From Methanobacteriota archaeon (GTDB lineage Archaea > Thermoplasmatota > Thermoplasmata > RBG-16-68-12), in contig VBLU01000003.1 of NCBI GenBank assembly GCA_005879065.1, positions 1 to 55,847 of the forward strand: a stretch of DNA of 55,847 bases. Reading direction: 5' to 3'. A program made the position numbers and the translations under genes. Under the pieces are notes generated by a model. That model was not told the DNA's origin. It ran no database searches and was given only the letters and a program-made list of their open reading frames with translations. Below are positions 29,366 to 38,172 of the stretch, piece by piece. The number at the start of each line of letters is the position of its first letter. The first letter of the stretch is position 1.

Positions 29366-29510
29366 TAGGATCCCAACCCCCAGGTCTCGCGGCCGCGTCA
29401 GGTCGGAGTCGCGGCATGCCAACGCCCGATCGGAAGACGGGCGAGTGACCAGGAGGTGGCGTGGACACTTTCGCCTACCTCCCCCGGAAATCGCTTTCAC
29501 CTCGGCCGGC

Positions 29511-29530
29511 ATACCTCTACTTAGAGGTAT
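29511..29530. repeat. 20-bp palindrome, copy 1 (ATACCTCTACTTAGAGGTAT)
   Basis: 9-bp perfect arms; overlaps ATG 29529. Confidence 0.9.
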
Positions 29531-29783
29531 GAAAATGGAAATCGGATGTGGTGCCCGCGTTCGCGACTTCGACGGACGGCGGTATTTCTACTTCTGGCAT
29601 TACGAGCGGGACAACGGTCGATCCGTTCGAAAAGAGGACTACCTCGGTCGAGCGGATTCCGAGAAGGGCCGGTCGGAACTGCTCCGCCGCATGGCCGCGT
29701 ACCACCGGAGGGCCGAACAGGAGTTCGCGCGGAGGCGAGCCCGGATCGAGAGTCTCTTCTCGAGGGCGGATACCTCCACTTAG
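29529..29783 (+). CDS. Small basic protein resembling the N-terminal DNA-binding domain of SSV1-type integrases
   Basis: RVRDFDGRRYFYFWHYERDNGRSVRKEDYLGRA beta motif plus Arg-rich helix; GAGGT SD before second ATG 29535. Confidence 0.75.
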   Translation: MKMEIGCGARVRDFDGRRYFYFWHYERDNGRSVRKEDYLGRADSEKGRSELLRRMAAYHRRAEQEFARRRARIESLFSRADTST

Positions 29784-29789
29784 AGGTAC
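29770..29789. repeat. 20-bp palindrome, copy 2 (ATACCTCCACTTAGAGGTAC)
   Basis: 18/20 identical to copy 1, same orientation; contains the TAG stop 29781-29783. Confidence 0.9.
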
Positions 29790-29799
29790 GCGGCGGTCC

Positions 29800-30714
29800 T
29801 CATTCCACCTCGCCGATGGCGGCCGTCTCCCGCGTCCGGCTCCCCTGTCCCATCGCGGTCAGGTAGATGCCCAAGAGGGCGAGCGCTCCTCCGATCCCGA
29901 CCGCGATCCCCGGCACTTGCTGGAGGAGGACCCAGGCCAGCAGGCTCGATCCGATCGGCTCCCCGACGAGGCTCAGGCTCACGATCGGCGCGGGGACCCA
30001 CCGGAGGCTCCAGTTGTACAGCGTGTGCCCGCCGATCTGCGGGATCATGGCCATCGCGAGGAAGAGCCCGAGTTCTCGCGGCACGTTTCCCACGGGGACG
30101 AGGCTCTCGCGGAGGATAAGCGTATACAAAAGCAGGACCCCCGTCGCGGTCACGTAGACGACGAACGCATATGCGAGGAGCGGGATCCGCTGGCGCAGGC
30201 GACGGCCCGCGAGGAAATAGAAGCCCGCGGCGACCCCGCCGAGGAACGCGAGCAGGTCGCCGACGAGACTCGCGCTTCGAGCGGTGGAGTCCGCGAAGGC
30301 GATCACGACGACGCCGCTGAAGCCGAGGCCGATCCCGAGGGCCATCCAGGAGTTCAATCGTTCCCGGAGGACGAAATGGGAGAGCAGTCCGACGAGGAGC
30401 GGATGGGAGGTGACCAGGATCACAGACGAGGCGACGCTCACGCTGACTCCCTCCAGCTTCAGGGAGCCTATCCACAGGGTGAAATGGGTCGCGAGGATCG
30501 CGCCGACCCCCATCATGCCGAGCACCTCCTTTCGCGTGAGCGCCAGCAGGGAGGCCCGGTTCGCGAGGACGAACGGCACCAGGATTAGGGACGCGAGGCC
30601 GAGTCGGTACAGGGCGATCGTGATGAAGGGCGACGTGGACCAGGAGATGAAGATGGCCGAGAATGACACTGACACGACCGCGAGGGCGATCGCGGCGTAA
30701 GGCCGGCCAGGCAC
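29800..30714 (-). CDS. EamA/DMT family transporter
   Basis: VSFSAIFI, ALYRL, HFTLWIGSL, GHTLYNWSL, GEPIG. Confidence 0.9.
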   Translation of the reverse strand: MPGRPYAAIALAVVSVSFSAIFISWSTSPFITIALYRLGLASLILVPFVLANRASLLALTRKEVLGMMGVGAILATHFTLWIGSLKLEGVSVSVASSVILVTSHPLLVGLLSHFVLRERLNSWMALGIGLGFSGVVVIAFADSTARSASLVGDLLAFLGGVAAGFYFLAGRRLRQRIPLLAYAFVVYVTATGVLLLYTLILRESLVPVGNVPRELGLFLAMAMIPQIGGHTLYNWSLRWVPAPIVSLSLVGEPIGSSLLAWVLLQQVPGIAVGIGGALALLGIYLTAMGQGSRTRETAAIGEVE

Positions 30715-30760
30715 GGGGTCGGGACGAACGGGCCTCTATGTAACGCCTGCGGCCGCTCCC

Positions 30761-31588
30761 TCATGGCGGCGGCGGAGGCACGGGTGGCGGCGCTTGGGGC
30801 GGCCCGCGGGCCCGCCGTCGGCGCAGCGTGACGAGGACCGCGATTGCGATCACCGCGACGACCGCGATGCCGATTCCGATGAGCAGAAGCCCGAGCGTGC
30901 TGGACTGGTACCGGTACGATGTAAGCTGCTGGTCCGAGACCCGGTTCCCGTTGGCGTCATACGATTCCCGCCGGACGTGGTTCCCTGCGCCCTCGGAATA
31001 GTCGTCCCGGTCATGGCCTCCGCCGGAGCTCGTCCGCTGGATGACTGCGACCGAGAAGGAACCCGCGGCGACCGTCGTCGTGTTCTCCGCGATCACCGTG
31101 GCACCATAGGCGAATGGCAAGGTGAAGGTCGAATTGGAGAATCGGACGGTCGTGCTCAATGACCACTGAGCATTCACCGCTAGCGGGAACACGGCCTCGG
31201 CGAGCGGCGGGTCGTACTTCACCGTGATCGTGGATCCAAGGAAGGTGATGTTTGTCTGGGCAGTTCCGAGGTTGGAGTCTTGGACCCAGCTGTCTTGGAC
31301 GGTGGCGCTGCCGCCGCTCGGGGTCGTGGTCGTCGTGATGTGCCACACGCTGTATGAGCCCAGGGCGAAGGTCAACGTGGACCTTTCGTGAACATCGACG
31401 CGGATGGTCGATGTGGCGCTCCCTTGGGTCCGCGTGTAGACCCAGAAGTCCCCTTGCGTCCACGTCGGACGGTTTTGCGTGGCCGCGACCGGCGGAGAGA
31501 CGATCAGAATCGACGCGAAGGCGACGGCCAGCACCGTGACCACGGTCAGCGACCTGAGATGGCGCATCGGCAGGCCTGACCGGCGCAT
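30761..31588 (-). CDS. Cell-surface protein: signal peptide, beta-rich domain, C-terminal TM and Pro-rich tail
   Basis: NRPTWTQGDFWVY, VAAGSF, LTSYRYQ, TM followed by RRRRAR and poly-Pro; alternative start 31567. Confidence 0.82.
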   Translation of the reverse strand: MRRSGLPMRHLRSLTVVTVLAVAFASILIVSPPVAATQNRPTWTQGDFWVYTRTQGSATSTIRVDVHERSTLTFALGSYSVWHITTTTTPSGGSATVQDSWVQDSNLGTAQTNITFLGSTITVKYDPPLAEAVFPLAVNAQWSLSTTVRFSNSTFTLPFAYGATVIAENTTTVAAGSFSVAVIQRTSSGGGHDRDDYSEGAGNHVRRESYDANGNRVSDQQLTSYRYQSSTLGLLLIGIGIAVVAVIAIAVLVTLRRRRARGPPQAPPPVPPPPP

Positions 31589-31674
31589 GGCGGCAAGCCG
31601 GATATGAGATTGTCGGATACTAGGTAACGCATTCTTTAGGCCCGCACGGATATTCCGCGGCAGCGGGTGGTGCC

Positions 31675-32544
31675 ATGGGCCTGGCCGAGGTACGAAAGAT
31701 CGCGGTGATCGGGGCGGGGACGATGGGCGCCGGAATCGCGCAGGCGTGCGCCGCGGCCGGCTTCCAGGTCGCGATGCGGGACATCGAGCAACGCCTCGTG
31801 GACGGCGGCTTCCGGCGGATCCGCGAGCCGCTCGCGAAACGTGTCGAGAAGGGGAAGATGACCGCCGCCGAGGTGGACGGCATCCTGGGGAAGATTCGCG
31901 GCGTCGTCAATCTCAAGGACGCCGTGACCGGTGCTCAGGTCGTGATCGAGGCGGTGTTCGAGAAGATGGACATCAAACGGGAACTCTATGCGGAACTGGA
32001 TCGGCTCTGCCCGCCTGAAGTCGTCTTCGCGTCGAACACTTCCTCCCTGAGCATCACGGAGATGGCGAATGCGACGAAGCGCGCGGACCGCGTCGTCGGC
32101 ATGCACTTCTTCAACCCCGCGCCGGTCATGAAGCTCGTCGAGGTGATCCGGGGCTCCGAGACGAGTGACGCGACGGTCGCCCTAATCAAGGAACTGTGCA
32201 CGAAGCTCGGCAAGGACGCCGTCGAGGTGAGGGAATCTCCAGGTTTCGTCGTGAACCGCCTCCTCGTCCCGATGATGAACGAAGCGTTCAATCTGCTCCA
32301 GGAGGGAGTCGCGAGCGCCGAGGACATCGACAAGGCGATGAAGCTAGGGACGAACATGCCCATGGGGCCTTTCGAACTCGCCGACTACACGGGCCTGGAC
32401 ATCGGGCTGGACGTGATGGAGGTCCTCTTCCGCGAGACGGGAGACCCAAAGTTCCGACCGTCGACGCTTCTGCGGAAGTACGTGCGCGCGGGCAGGATGG
32501 GCCGGAAGACTGGACGCGGGGTGTACGACTACACTCGTACCTAG
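31675..32544 (+). CDS. hbd: 3-hydroxyacyl-CoA (3-hydroxybutyryl-CoA) dehydrogenase
   Basis: GAGTMGAGIA, IEAVFE, SNTSSLSI, GMHFFNP, PGFVVNR, PMGPFEL. Confidence 0.94.
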   Translation: MGLAEVRKIAVIGAGTMGAGIAQACAAAGFQVAMRDIEQRLVDGGFRRIREPLAKRVEKGKMTAAEVDGILGKIRGVVNLKDAVTGAQVVIEAVFEKMDIKRELYAELDRLCPPEVVFASNTSSLSITEMANATKRADRVVGMHFFNPAPVMKLVEVIRGSETSDATVALIKELCTKLGKDAVEVRESPGFVVNRLLVPMMNEAFNLLQEGVASAEDIDKAMKLGTNMPMGPFELADYTGLDIGLDVMEVLFRETGDPKFRPSTLLRKYVRAGRMGRKTGRGVYDYTRT

Positions 32545-32596
32545 CTTCCGGCGTTCGAGCCTGTTGCGAGGTTAAAACCCTCCCCGGTTGTGAGCC

Positions 32597-33532
32597 TCAG
32601 GGAGGCGATTCGGGCGGCTCGGGTCCGCTCGGCGGTTGCTGGGGCGGAGTCCATCCGGGAGGTGGCGCCCCAACGCCCGGCCTGCGTCGTCGGACGAGCA
32701 CGGCTCCGACGACCGCCGCGACGACGAGGACGAGGAGGATGAGCCAGATCCACACCTGGAGGCCGAGGAAGACCGTCGTCAAGAGGCTGCCTGCTTGATA
32801 CCGATAGCTCGTCAGGTTGTAGCTGCCGGCGGACTGGCCCGAGCTGTTGTGGGACTCGGTTCGAACGGAGTTGCCTGCTTGGGGCGACCAGTAGTTAATG
32901 ACAAACGAGGTCGAGCCCGCGGCGGTCTCTTTGAGAGGAGATGTCGTAAAGGTCCCCGCGGGCACCGTAATCGACGCGTCCGTTTGAACTTCGAAGTGCG
33001 TGGCAAGAGGCATCTGTGTGTATCGGACTGCGCCCGTCGAATTCGTCGTGACGTCCCAGACGGTGGTCGAAGAATCCCAACTGGCTCCGGCCGTCAACGG
33101 CCATTGGATGATCTGCGGAGGGTTCCCCGAGATTGAGACGTGAGAATTCGCCGAAACGGTGCCAAAGGTCAAATTCACGTCCGCGACGATTTTGACGATC
33201 GCCAAGGTGTCTGTGCTGTACCAAATGGTCGCGGGCAGATTGAGGGTGAGGCTCCCAAACGGAATCGTGAGGGTGGCGGCCACGTGGTACGTCGAGTAGG
33301 AGGACCCGTTGACGCTGACGGACTCGGTCCCGGTGACATCCATCCGCAGCGTGCCGCTGATCGACGTCCCAGTCAGGGCCGAGGAGTACGCATAGACCCA
33401 GAAATCGCCGGACGCCCAGGCCGGGCGGTTCGTCGCGGCCCGGGCTGGGGTCGCGGTGAACGCCAAGGCGGCAATCAAAAGGAGTCCGACGGCCGCGGCC
33501 AGAACCCGCAGGCGCGAGTGCATCCAATCCAT
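32597..33532 (-). CDS. Cell-surface protein, paralogue of 30761-31588
   Basis: NRPAWASGDFWVY, VPAGTF, AGNSVRTES, LTSYRYQ, TM followed by RRRR and Pro-rich tail. Confidence 0.85.
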   Translation of the reverse strand: MDWMHSRLRVLAAAVGLLLIAALAFTATPARAATNRPAWASGDFWVYAYSSALTGTSISGTLRMDVTGTESVSVNGSSYSTYHVAATLTIPFGSLTLNLPATIWYSTDTLAIVKIVADVNLTFGTVSANSHVSISGNPPQIIQWPLTAGASWDSSTTVWDVTTNSTGAVRYTQMPLATHFEVQTDASITVPAGTFTTSPLKETAAGSTSFVINYWSPQAGNSVRTESHNSSGQSAGSYNLTSYRYQAGSLLTTVFLGLQVWIWLILLVLVVAAVVGAVLVRRRRPGVGAPPPGWTPPQQPPSGPEPPESPP

Positions 33533-33626
33533 CGCGACCGGGAGCAGCCCAGGGGTCTATGAGCCTGCCGGTGGGGCACGAGGAACGTTCATCCTCGTCC
33601 CCGGCGTTCGCGGTCCTGAGGATTCC

Positions 33627-34406
33627 ATGCCTAGCTTCGTCCGGGTGGAGATGGAGGACCGCTTGGCGATCGTCGCGATCAACCGGCCGGATGCACTGAA
33701 CGCCCTGAATTCCGCCGTGCTGCGGGAGCTGTCCATGACGATCGAGCACCTGTCCATGGCCGCGGACGTGGGCGCGATCATCCTGACAGGAGCCGGGGAC
33801 CGCGCGTTCGTGGCGGGGGCCGACATCAAGGAGATGGTCGGCCTGTCCGCGCTCGAGATGCGATCCTTCTCGGAGGCGGGGCGGCGACTCGGGGACACGA
33901 TGGCCGCGTGCAACAAGCCCATCCTGGCGGCGATCAACGGCTACGCCCTCGGAGGCGGATGCGAACTCGCCCTCGCGTGCGATATCCGGATCGCGTCGGA
34001 CCGAGCGAAGCTCGGCCAGCCGGAGGTCAATATCGGGATCATCCCGGGATTCGGCGGAAGCCAGCGCTTGCCTCGTCTCGTCGGACTCGGATGGGCCTCG
34101 GAGATGGTCTACACGGGGGACGCGATCGACGCGGCGACCGCGGAGCGGATCGGCCTCGTGAATCGCGTCGTGCCCGCGGAGCGACTCCTCGAGGAGACGA
34201 AGGCCCTGGCACGCAAGATCCTCGAGAAGAGCCCGGCCGCCATCGCCCTCGCGAAGGCCTGCCTCCGGTCGGCCTTGGAGATGCCGCTCGCCGCGGGCCT
34301 CGATTTCGAGACCGCGGCCTTCGGGGTCGTCGGTTCGACGAAGGACAAGGAAGAGGGCATGCGCGCGTTCATCGAGAAACGGAAGCCGACATGGAAGGGC
34401 GCGTGA
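33627..34406 (+). CDS. crt: Enoyl-CoA hydratase (crotonase)
   Basis: NRPDALNALN, FVAGADI, GGGCELALACD, GQPEVNIGIIPGFGGSQRL. Confidence 0.94.
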   Translation: MPSFVRVEMEDRLAIVAINRPDALNALNSAVLRELSMTIEHLSMAADVGAIILTGAGDRAFVAGADIKEMVGLSALEMRSFSEAGRRLGDTMAACNKPILAAINGYALGGGCELALACDIRIASDRAKLGQPEVNIGIIPGFGGSQRLPRLVGLGWASEMVYTGDAIDAATAERIGLVNRVVPAERLLEETKALARKILEKSPAAIALAKACLRSALEMPLAAGLDFETAAFGVVGSTKDKEEGMRAFIEKRKPTWKGA

Positions 34407-34571
34407 TCAGTACGACTCGAACTCCTCTTGGAGGTCGATCACGACCTGTTCGAGGACCTCTTCGAAGGAGGAGCTGCGGTACTCGCGCATCCCGCCGAGC
34501 TCGCTTTGGATGCGGGCGATGAAGTTGTTGGAACTCTTCAGGAATTCCACGTTCACCAGGGACTCTTCCAT
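34407..34571 (-). CDS. Small acidic hypothetical protein (54 aa; absent from the ORF track)
   Basis: [69 protein letters not shown] box ~34632-34640. Confidence 0.8.
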   Translation of the reverse strand: MEESLVNVEFLKSSNNFIARIQSELGGMREYRSSSFEEVLEQVVIDLQEEFESY

Positions 34572-34778
34572 CCTCGGTTGCTCCGGGAGACCGACGCGGG
34601 CGCGTTCTCAATCGGGCGTATCCGAGGTTCGTATTTAATAGTTGCCCGCAGAGTGCTCGACGGACGACCGAGTGCGGCTCACGGGGCCTTCGGATCGCGT
34701 TCGTTGCTCCCCTCCGAGGAACCTTTATCTAGCGCGCTCCCCTTCGACGGCCTCCCGAACCGGACGCGGAGTGAATCG

Positions 34779-34970
34779 TTGGGCAATATTCGGCCGACGT
34801 ACATCAAGCGAGTCGCGATCGAGCTCGCGAAGCTCTATCCGAACGAATTCACGGCGGATTTCGAGCACAACAAGAAGATGGTCTCCGAACTGAGCGACGT
34901 GCGGAGCAATCTGATGCGCAACCGGATTGCCGGATACATCACCCGATACCGGCAGCGCCTGGCCGTCTAG
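34779..34970 (+). CDS. rps17e: 30S ribosomal protein S17e
   Basis: [34 protein letters not shown] start 4 nt after GGAGTGA. Confidence 0.96.
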   Translation: MGNIRPTYIKRVAIELAKLYPNEFTADFEHNKKMVSELSDVRSNLMRNRIAGYITRYRQRLAV

Positions 34971-35019
34971 TCCCGCGGACGCCTGCGCCCGGTCCGGGAG
35001 CGAATGGACCCAATCCCCC

Positions 35020-35902
35020 ATGTCGTACGCCGTCGAGACACGTGACCTCACCCGGATCTTCGCGGGCAAGAAGAAGCGGCGGATCCGCCGGAAGCGCGCC
35101 GCGAGCGAAGGCGACGAGCATCTCGGCCCGGTGACCGCCCTCGACGAGGTGTCCATCCAGATCCTTCCCCATCCGCCAAGTCATCAACATGGTGTCCGGC
35201 GGCGAGACGTCGGGGTACGGGCTCCTGACCGCGCGGGAGAACATCTGGATGTTTTCCCAGTTCTACGGTGTGCCGAGCAAGGTCTCCAAGGGCCGCATCG
35301 ACGAGCTCATGCACATCTTCGGGCTCTGGGACAAGCGGAACGCGAAGGTACGAATGCTGTCCACGGGGCAGCGGCAGAAGATGAACATGATTCGCGGCTT
35401 CGTCACGGACCCGGACATCCTGTTCCTGGACGAGCCGACCCTCGGCCTCGACGTGAACGCCGCCCGCGTGATCCGCGAGTACGTGACGAACTGGGTGCGG
35501 GGCCAGAAAGGCAAGACGGTCCTACTCACGACGCACTATATGGCGGAAGCGGACCAGATGTGCGACCGCATCGCGATCATTGACAAGGGGAAGATCCTGG
35601 CGTGCGACACCCCGGAGAACCTCAAGCGGATGATCCGGACGGAAACGACATTCCGACTGGAGGTCGACGCGATCCGCGACCTTACGACGTTCTCCACGAT
35701 GCAGGGGGTGAAGAACTTCTCGCACAAGGATGACATCGCCAAGAATCGATCCTTCCTCACGTTCATCCTCGAGGACGAGGGTCCCGTCGCGGAGATCCTC
35801 AGCACGATCACGTTGCAGGGCAAGAAGGTCCATTCTCTGCAGAAGTCCGAGCCGACCCTGGAGGACGTCTTCATCAGCATGGTGGGGAGGGGATTCGAGT
35901 GA
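35020..35902 (+). pseudogene. ABC exporter ATPase, frameshifted and lacking the Walker A segment (possibly an assembly artefact)
   Basis: MSYAVETRDLTRIF..VTALDEVSIQI in one frame; IRQVINMVSGG..LSTGQRQK..FLDEPT in another; no GxxGxGKT. Confidence 0.8.
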
Positions 35903-36891
35903 GCGAGGCCAAGGCCCGTCGCTCGGACCTGCGATATCGGATCGGGCTAAACCTCCGGGCCGTCAAGGGCCGGTCCTATCCGCGGATCGTCGGCGCGAAC
36001 CGCGAGCCATCCTGGATTTTCTTCGAGGCGTTCCTTCCACTGCTCGGGATCGCGGCGTACGTGTTCGTTTATCAGTTCTTCGGAGGCCAGGCGCTCGCGG
36101 CGATCACGACGAAGACCACGGCCGCGCCCTGGGGGATGTGCGGGCATGATCCCTGCGCGAATGCGGCGGCACAGGCCGCCGCCGCGGCCGCCGTTGGCGC
36201 GAACACGAACGCGCTCGTGGCTTCGGTGGTCCTCGGCGGCACGATGGTCGCGTTCTGGCTCAACGTCCTCTGGTCGATGGCGAGCCAGCTCTACTGGGAG
36301 AAGGAAATCGGGAACCTCCAACTCTACATGATGGCCCCCATGAACCGGATGGCCCTGCTCGGCGGGATGGCGGTCGGCGGGATGGTCATGACCTCGATGC
36401 GGGCGATCTCGACCCTGGTCGCCGGCGTCCTCGTGTTCGGCGTCATCTTCCAGGTCGCGAGCCCGTTGATGCTGCTCGCCGTCTTCTTCGCGACGCTGAT
36501 CGCCCTCTACGGGCTCGGGATGATGTTCGCCTCGTTGTACCTGCTCTGGGGCCGCGAGGCGTGGAACCTGTCCGCGCTCATGGAGGAACCAATTTTCTTC
36601 TCGAGCGGGTTCTACTTCCCTCTCGGCGGCCTCTTGCGGATTCCCGGATGGGGCCCGGCTATCGCGATCGCGGGTTCGTTCATTCCGGCCTCGCTCGGCC
36701 TCGATGCGCTCCGCCAGCTGACCCTTGGTTCGACAGCCTTCGGCAGCAATTTCTGGATCTTCGACGTCACGACGGAACTTGAGATCCTCGTTGGCATGGC
36801 GGTCTTGTTCTTGATCCTCGCAAGGTACTGTCTCGCGTACCTAGAGACGCTCGCGAAGCGAGAGGGGAAGCTGACCTCACGGCATCAATGA
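35899..36891 (+). CDS. ABC-2 type exporter permease
   Basis: WEKEIGNL, SSGFYFP, IPASLGLDALR; multiple TMs. Confidence 0.88.
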   Translation: MSEAKARRSDLRYRIGLNLRAVKGRSYPRIVGANREPSWIFFEAFLPLLGIAAYVFVYQFFGGQALAAITTKTTAAPWGMCGHDPCANAAAQAAAAAAVGANTNALVASVVLGGTMVAFWLNVLWSMASQLYWEKEIGNLQLYMMAPMNRMALLGGMAVGGMVMTSMRAISTLVAGVLVFGVIFQVASPLMLLAVFFATLIALYGLGMMFASLYLLWGREAWNLSALMEEPIFFSSGFYFPLGGLLRIPGWGPAIAIAGSFIPASLGLDALRQLTLGSTAFGSNFWIFDVTTELEILVGMAVLFLILARYCLAYLETLAKREGKLTSRHQ

Positions 36892-37742
36892 GCACGTACT
36901 GGCGGACGTTCAAGACGGCCGCATGGCTCGGATGGGAGATGGACTCGAACTGGACCGAGCCCTGGCTCTTCGTCCTGTACTCCGTCATTAAACCGGTGGC
37001 CGGGGCGTTCATCCTGGTCCTCATGTACATCGTCTTCGTCGCCATCGGTCGGCCCCAGGGCGACACCGACGCATTTTCCTATATGTACGTAGGGAACTCG
37101 TTCTTCATCTTCGTCGCCACGGTCCTGTTCGGGACGTTCCAGGTGATCCAGTCCGATCGCGAATGGTACCAGACGATTCGCTACATCTACATCTCGCCGA
37201 TCTCGTACTACGTGTACATCCTGGGTCGCGCGGCCTCCAAGATCGCGGTCGCCGTATTTGCCGTCGCGATCACGCTCCTTTTCGGCGCGATGTTTCTCGG
37301 CGTGCGGTTGCACTTGGCCCTCGCCGATGTCCCGATGTTCCTCGTGAGCACGGTCCTCGGGCTCGCAGTCCTGTTAGCGATTGGGATCTGCCTGGGCGGG
37401 ATCTCGTTCCTGACAGCGAAGCACACTCATGGGCTGGCGGAAGGCATCCCGGGATTGTTCTACGTGTTCTGCGGCGTCCTGTTCCCCCTCTCCATCTTGC
37501 CGACCTGGGGCCAGGCCATCGGCCGCGCCATCCCTCTGACGTATTGGTTCGAAATCACTCGACGACTGATTGCGCCGACGATCACGGTGAACACGACCTT
37601 GGCCGGATTCGACCCGCTGACGATTCTCTTGTTCTTGATCGTATCATCCGTGGGCTTCTTCGCGCTGAGCGTCCTGATCTACAAGGTCGGTGAGTACTTC
37701 GCGCGGAAGGCCGGCAAGATCGACATGACGACGTCCTATTGA
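36888..37742 (+). CDS. ABC-2 type exporter permease
   Basis: CGVLFPLSILP, IPLTYW; multiple TMs. Confidence 0.88.
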   Translation: MSTYWRTFKTAAWLGWEMDSNWTEPWLFVLYSVIKPVAGAFILVLMYIVFVAIGRPQGDTDAFSYMYVGNSFFIFVATVLFGTFQVIQSDREWYQTIRYIYISPISYYVYILGRAASKIAVAVFAVAITLLFGAMFLGVRLHLALADVPMFLVSTVLGLAVLLAIGICLGGISFLTAKHTHGLAEGIPGLFYVFCGVLFPLSILPTWGQAIGRAIPLTYWFEITRRLIAPTITVNTTLAGFDPLTILLFLIVSSVGFFALSVLIYKVGEYFARKAGKIDMTTSY

Positions 37743-38086
37743 GCCCGCGCACGGGAAGCGCGACGGGCCCTCTGCTCCCGGCGGTACGGGTATCGTTGTA
37801 CGGCGCCGCAGGCGCTGCACGTCACGACGACGCGACCCTCGCCCACGCGGATTCGCGCGCTCACCGACGGCAGGAGGAACGCGAAACATTTCTTGCAGAA
37901 GGACCGTTTGAACGGCGCAGGCACACGGACGTTGTACCGCATGCCGATCCGACGGGCGAGTTCGACATAGCGTCGCGCCCGTTCCGTCCGGCGGTGGAGC
38001 GCCTCGGTCTCCGCGAGACGGAACAGGGTCGCCATGCGTTCCCCTGCGATCCGCCGCTCCATGCCGCGGTGGCGACGTTTCGCCAT
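37736..38086 (-). CDS. rnp4: Ribonuclease P protein component 4 (Rpp21)
   Basis: IAGERMATLF, ARRYVELARRI, FCKKC and TCSACG zinc ribbon. Confidence 0.92.
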   Translation of the reverse strand: MAKRRHRGMERRIAGERMATLFRLAETEALHRRTERARRYVELARRIGMRYNVRVPAPFKRSFCKKCFAFLLPSVSARIRVGEGRVVVTCSACGAVQRYPYRREQRARRASRARAQ

Positions 38087-38172
38087 CGGACGGCGCACCG
38101 GCTTTGCGGATAAAACACTTCCCGGCGACGAACCTTTAACTATCCTCGGTCCGCTACTGCACGGGGGACACC

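Noticed and set aside
29511..29789. Mini-CRISPR array
   Set aside because: Only two repeats, 259 bp apart, enclosing an ORF; no cas genes
35020..35190. Programmed ribosomal frameshift in the ABC ATPase
   Set aside because: Walker A is absent in all frames, so a frameshift cannot restore function
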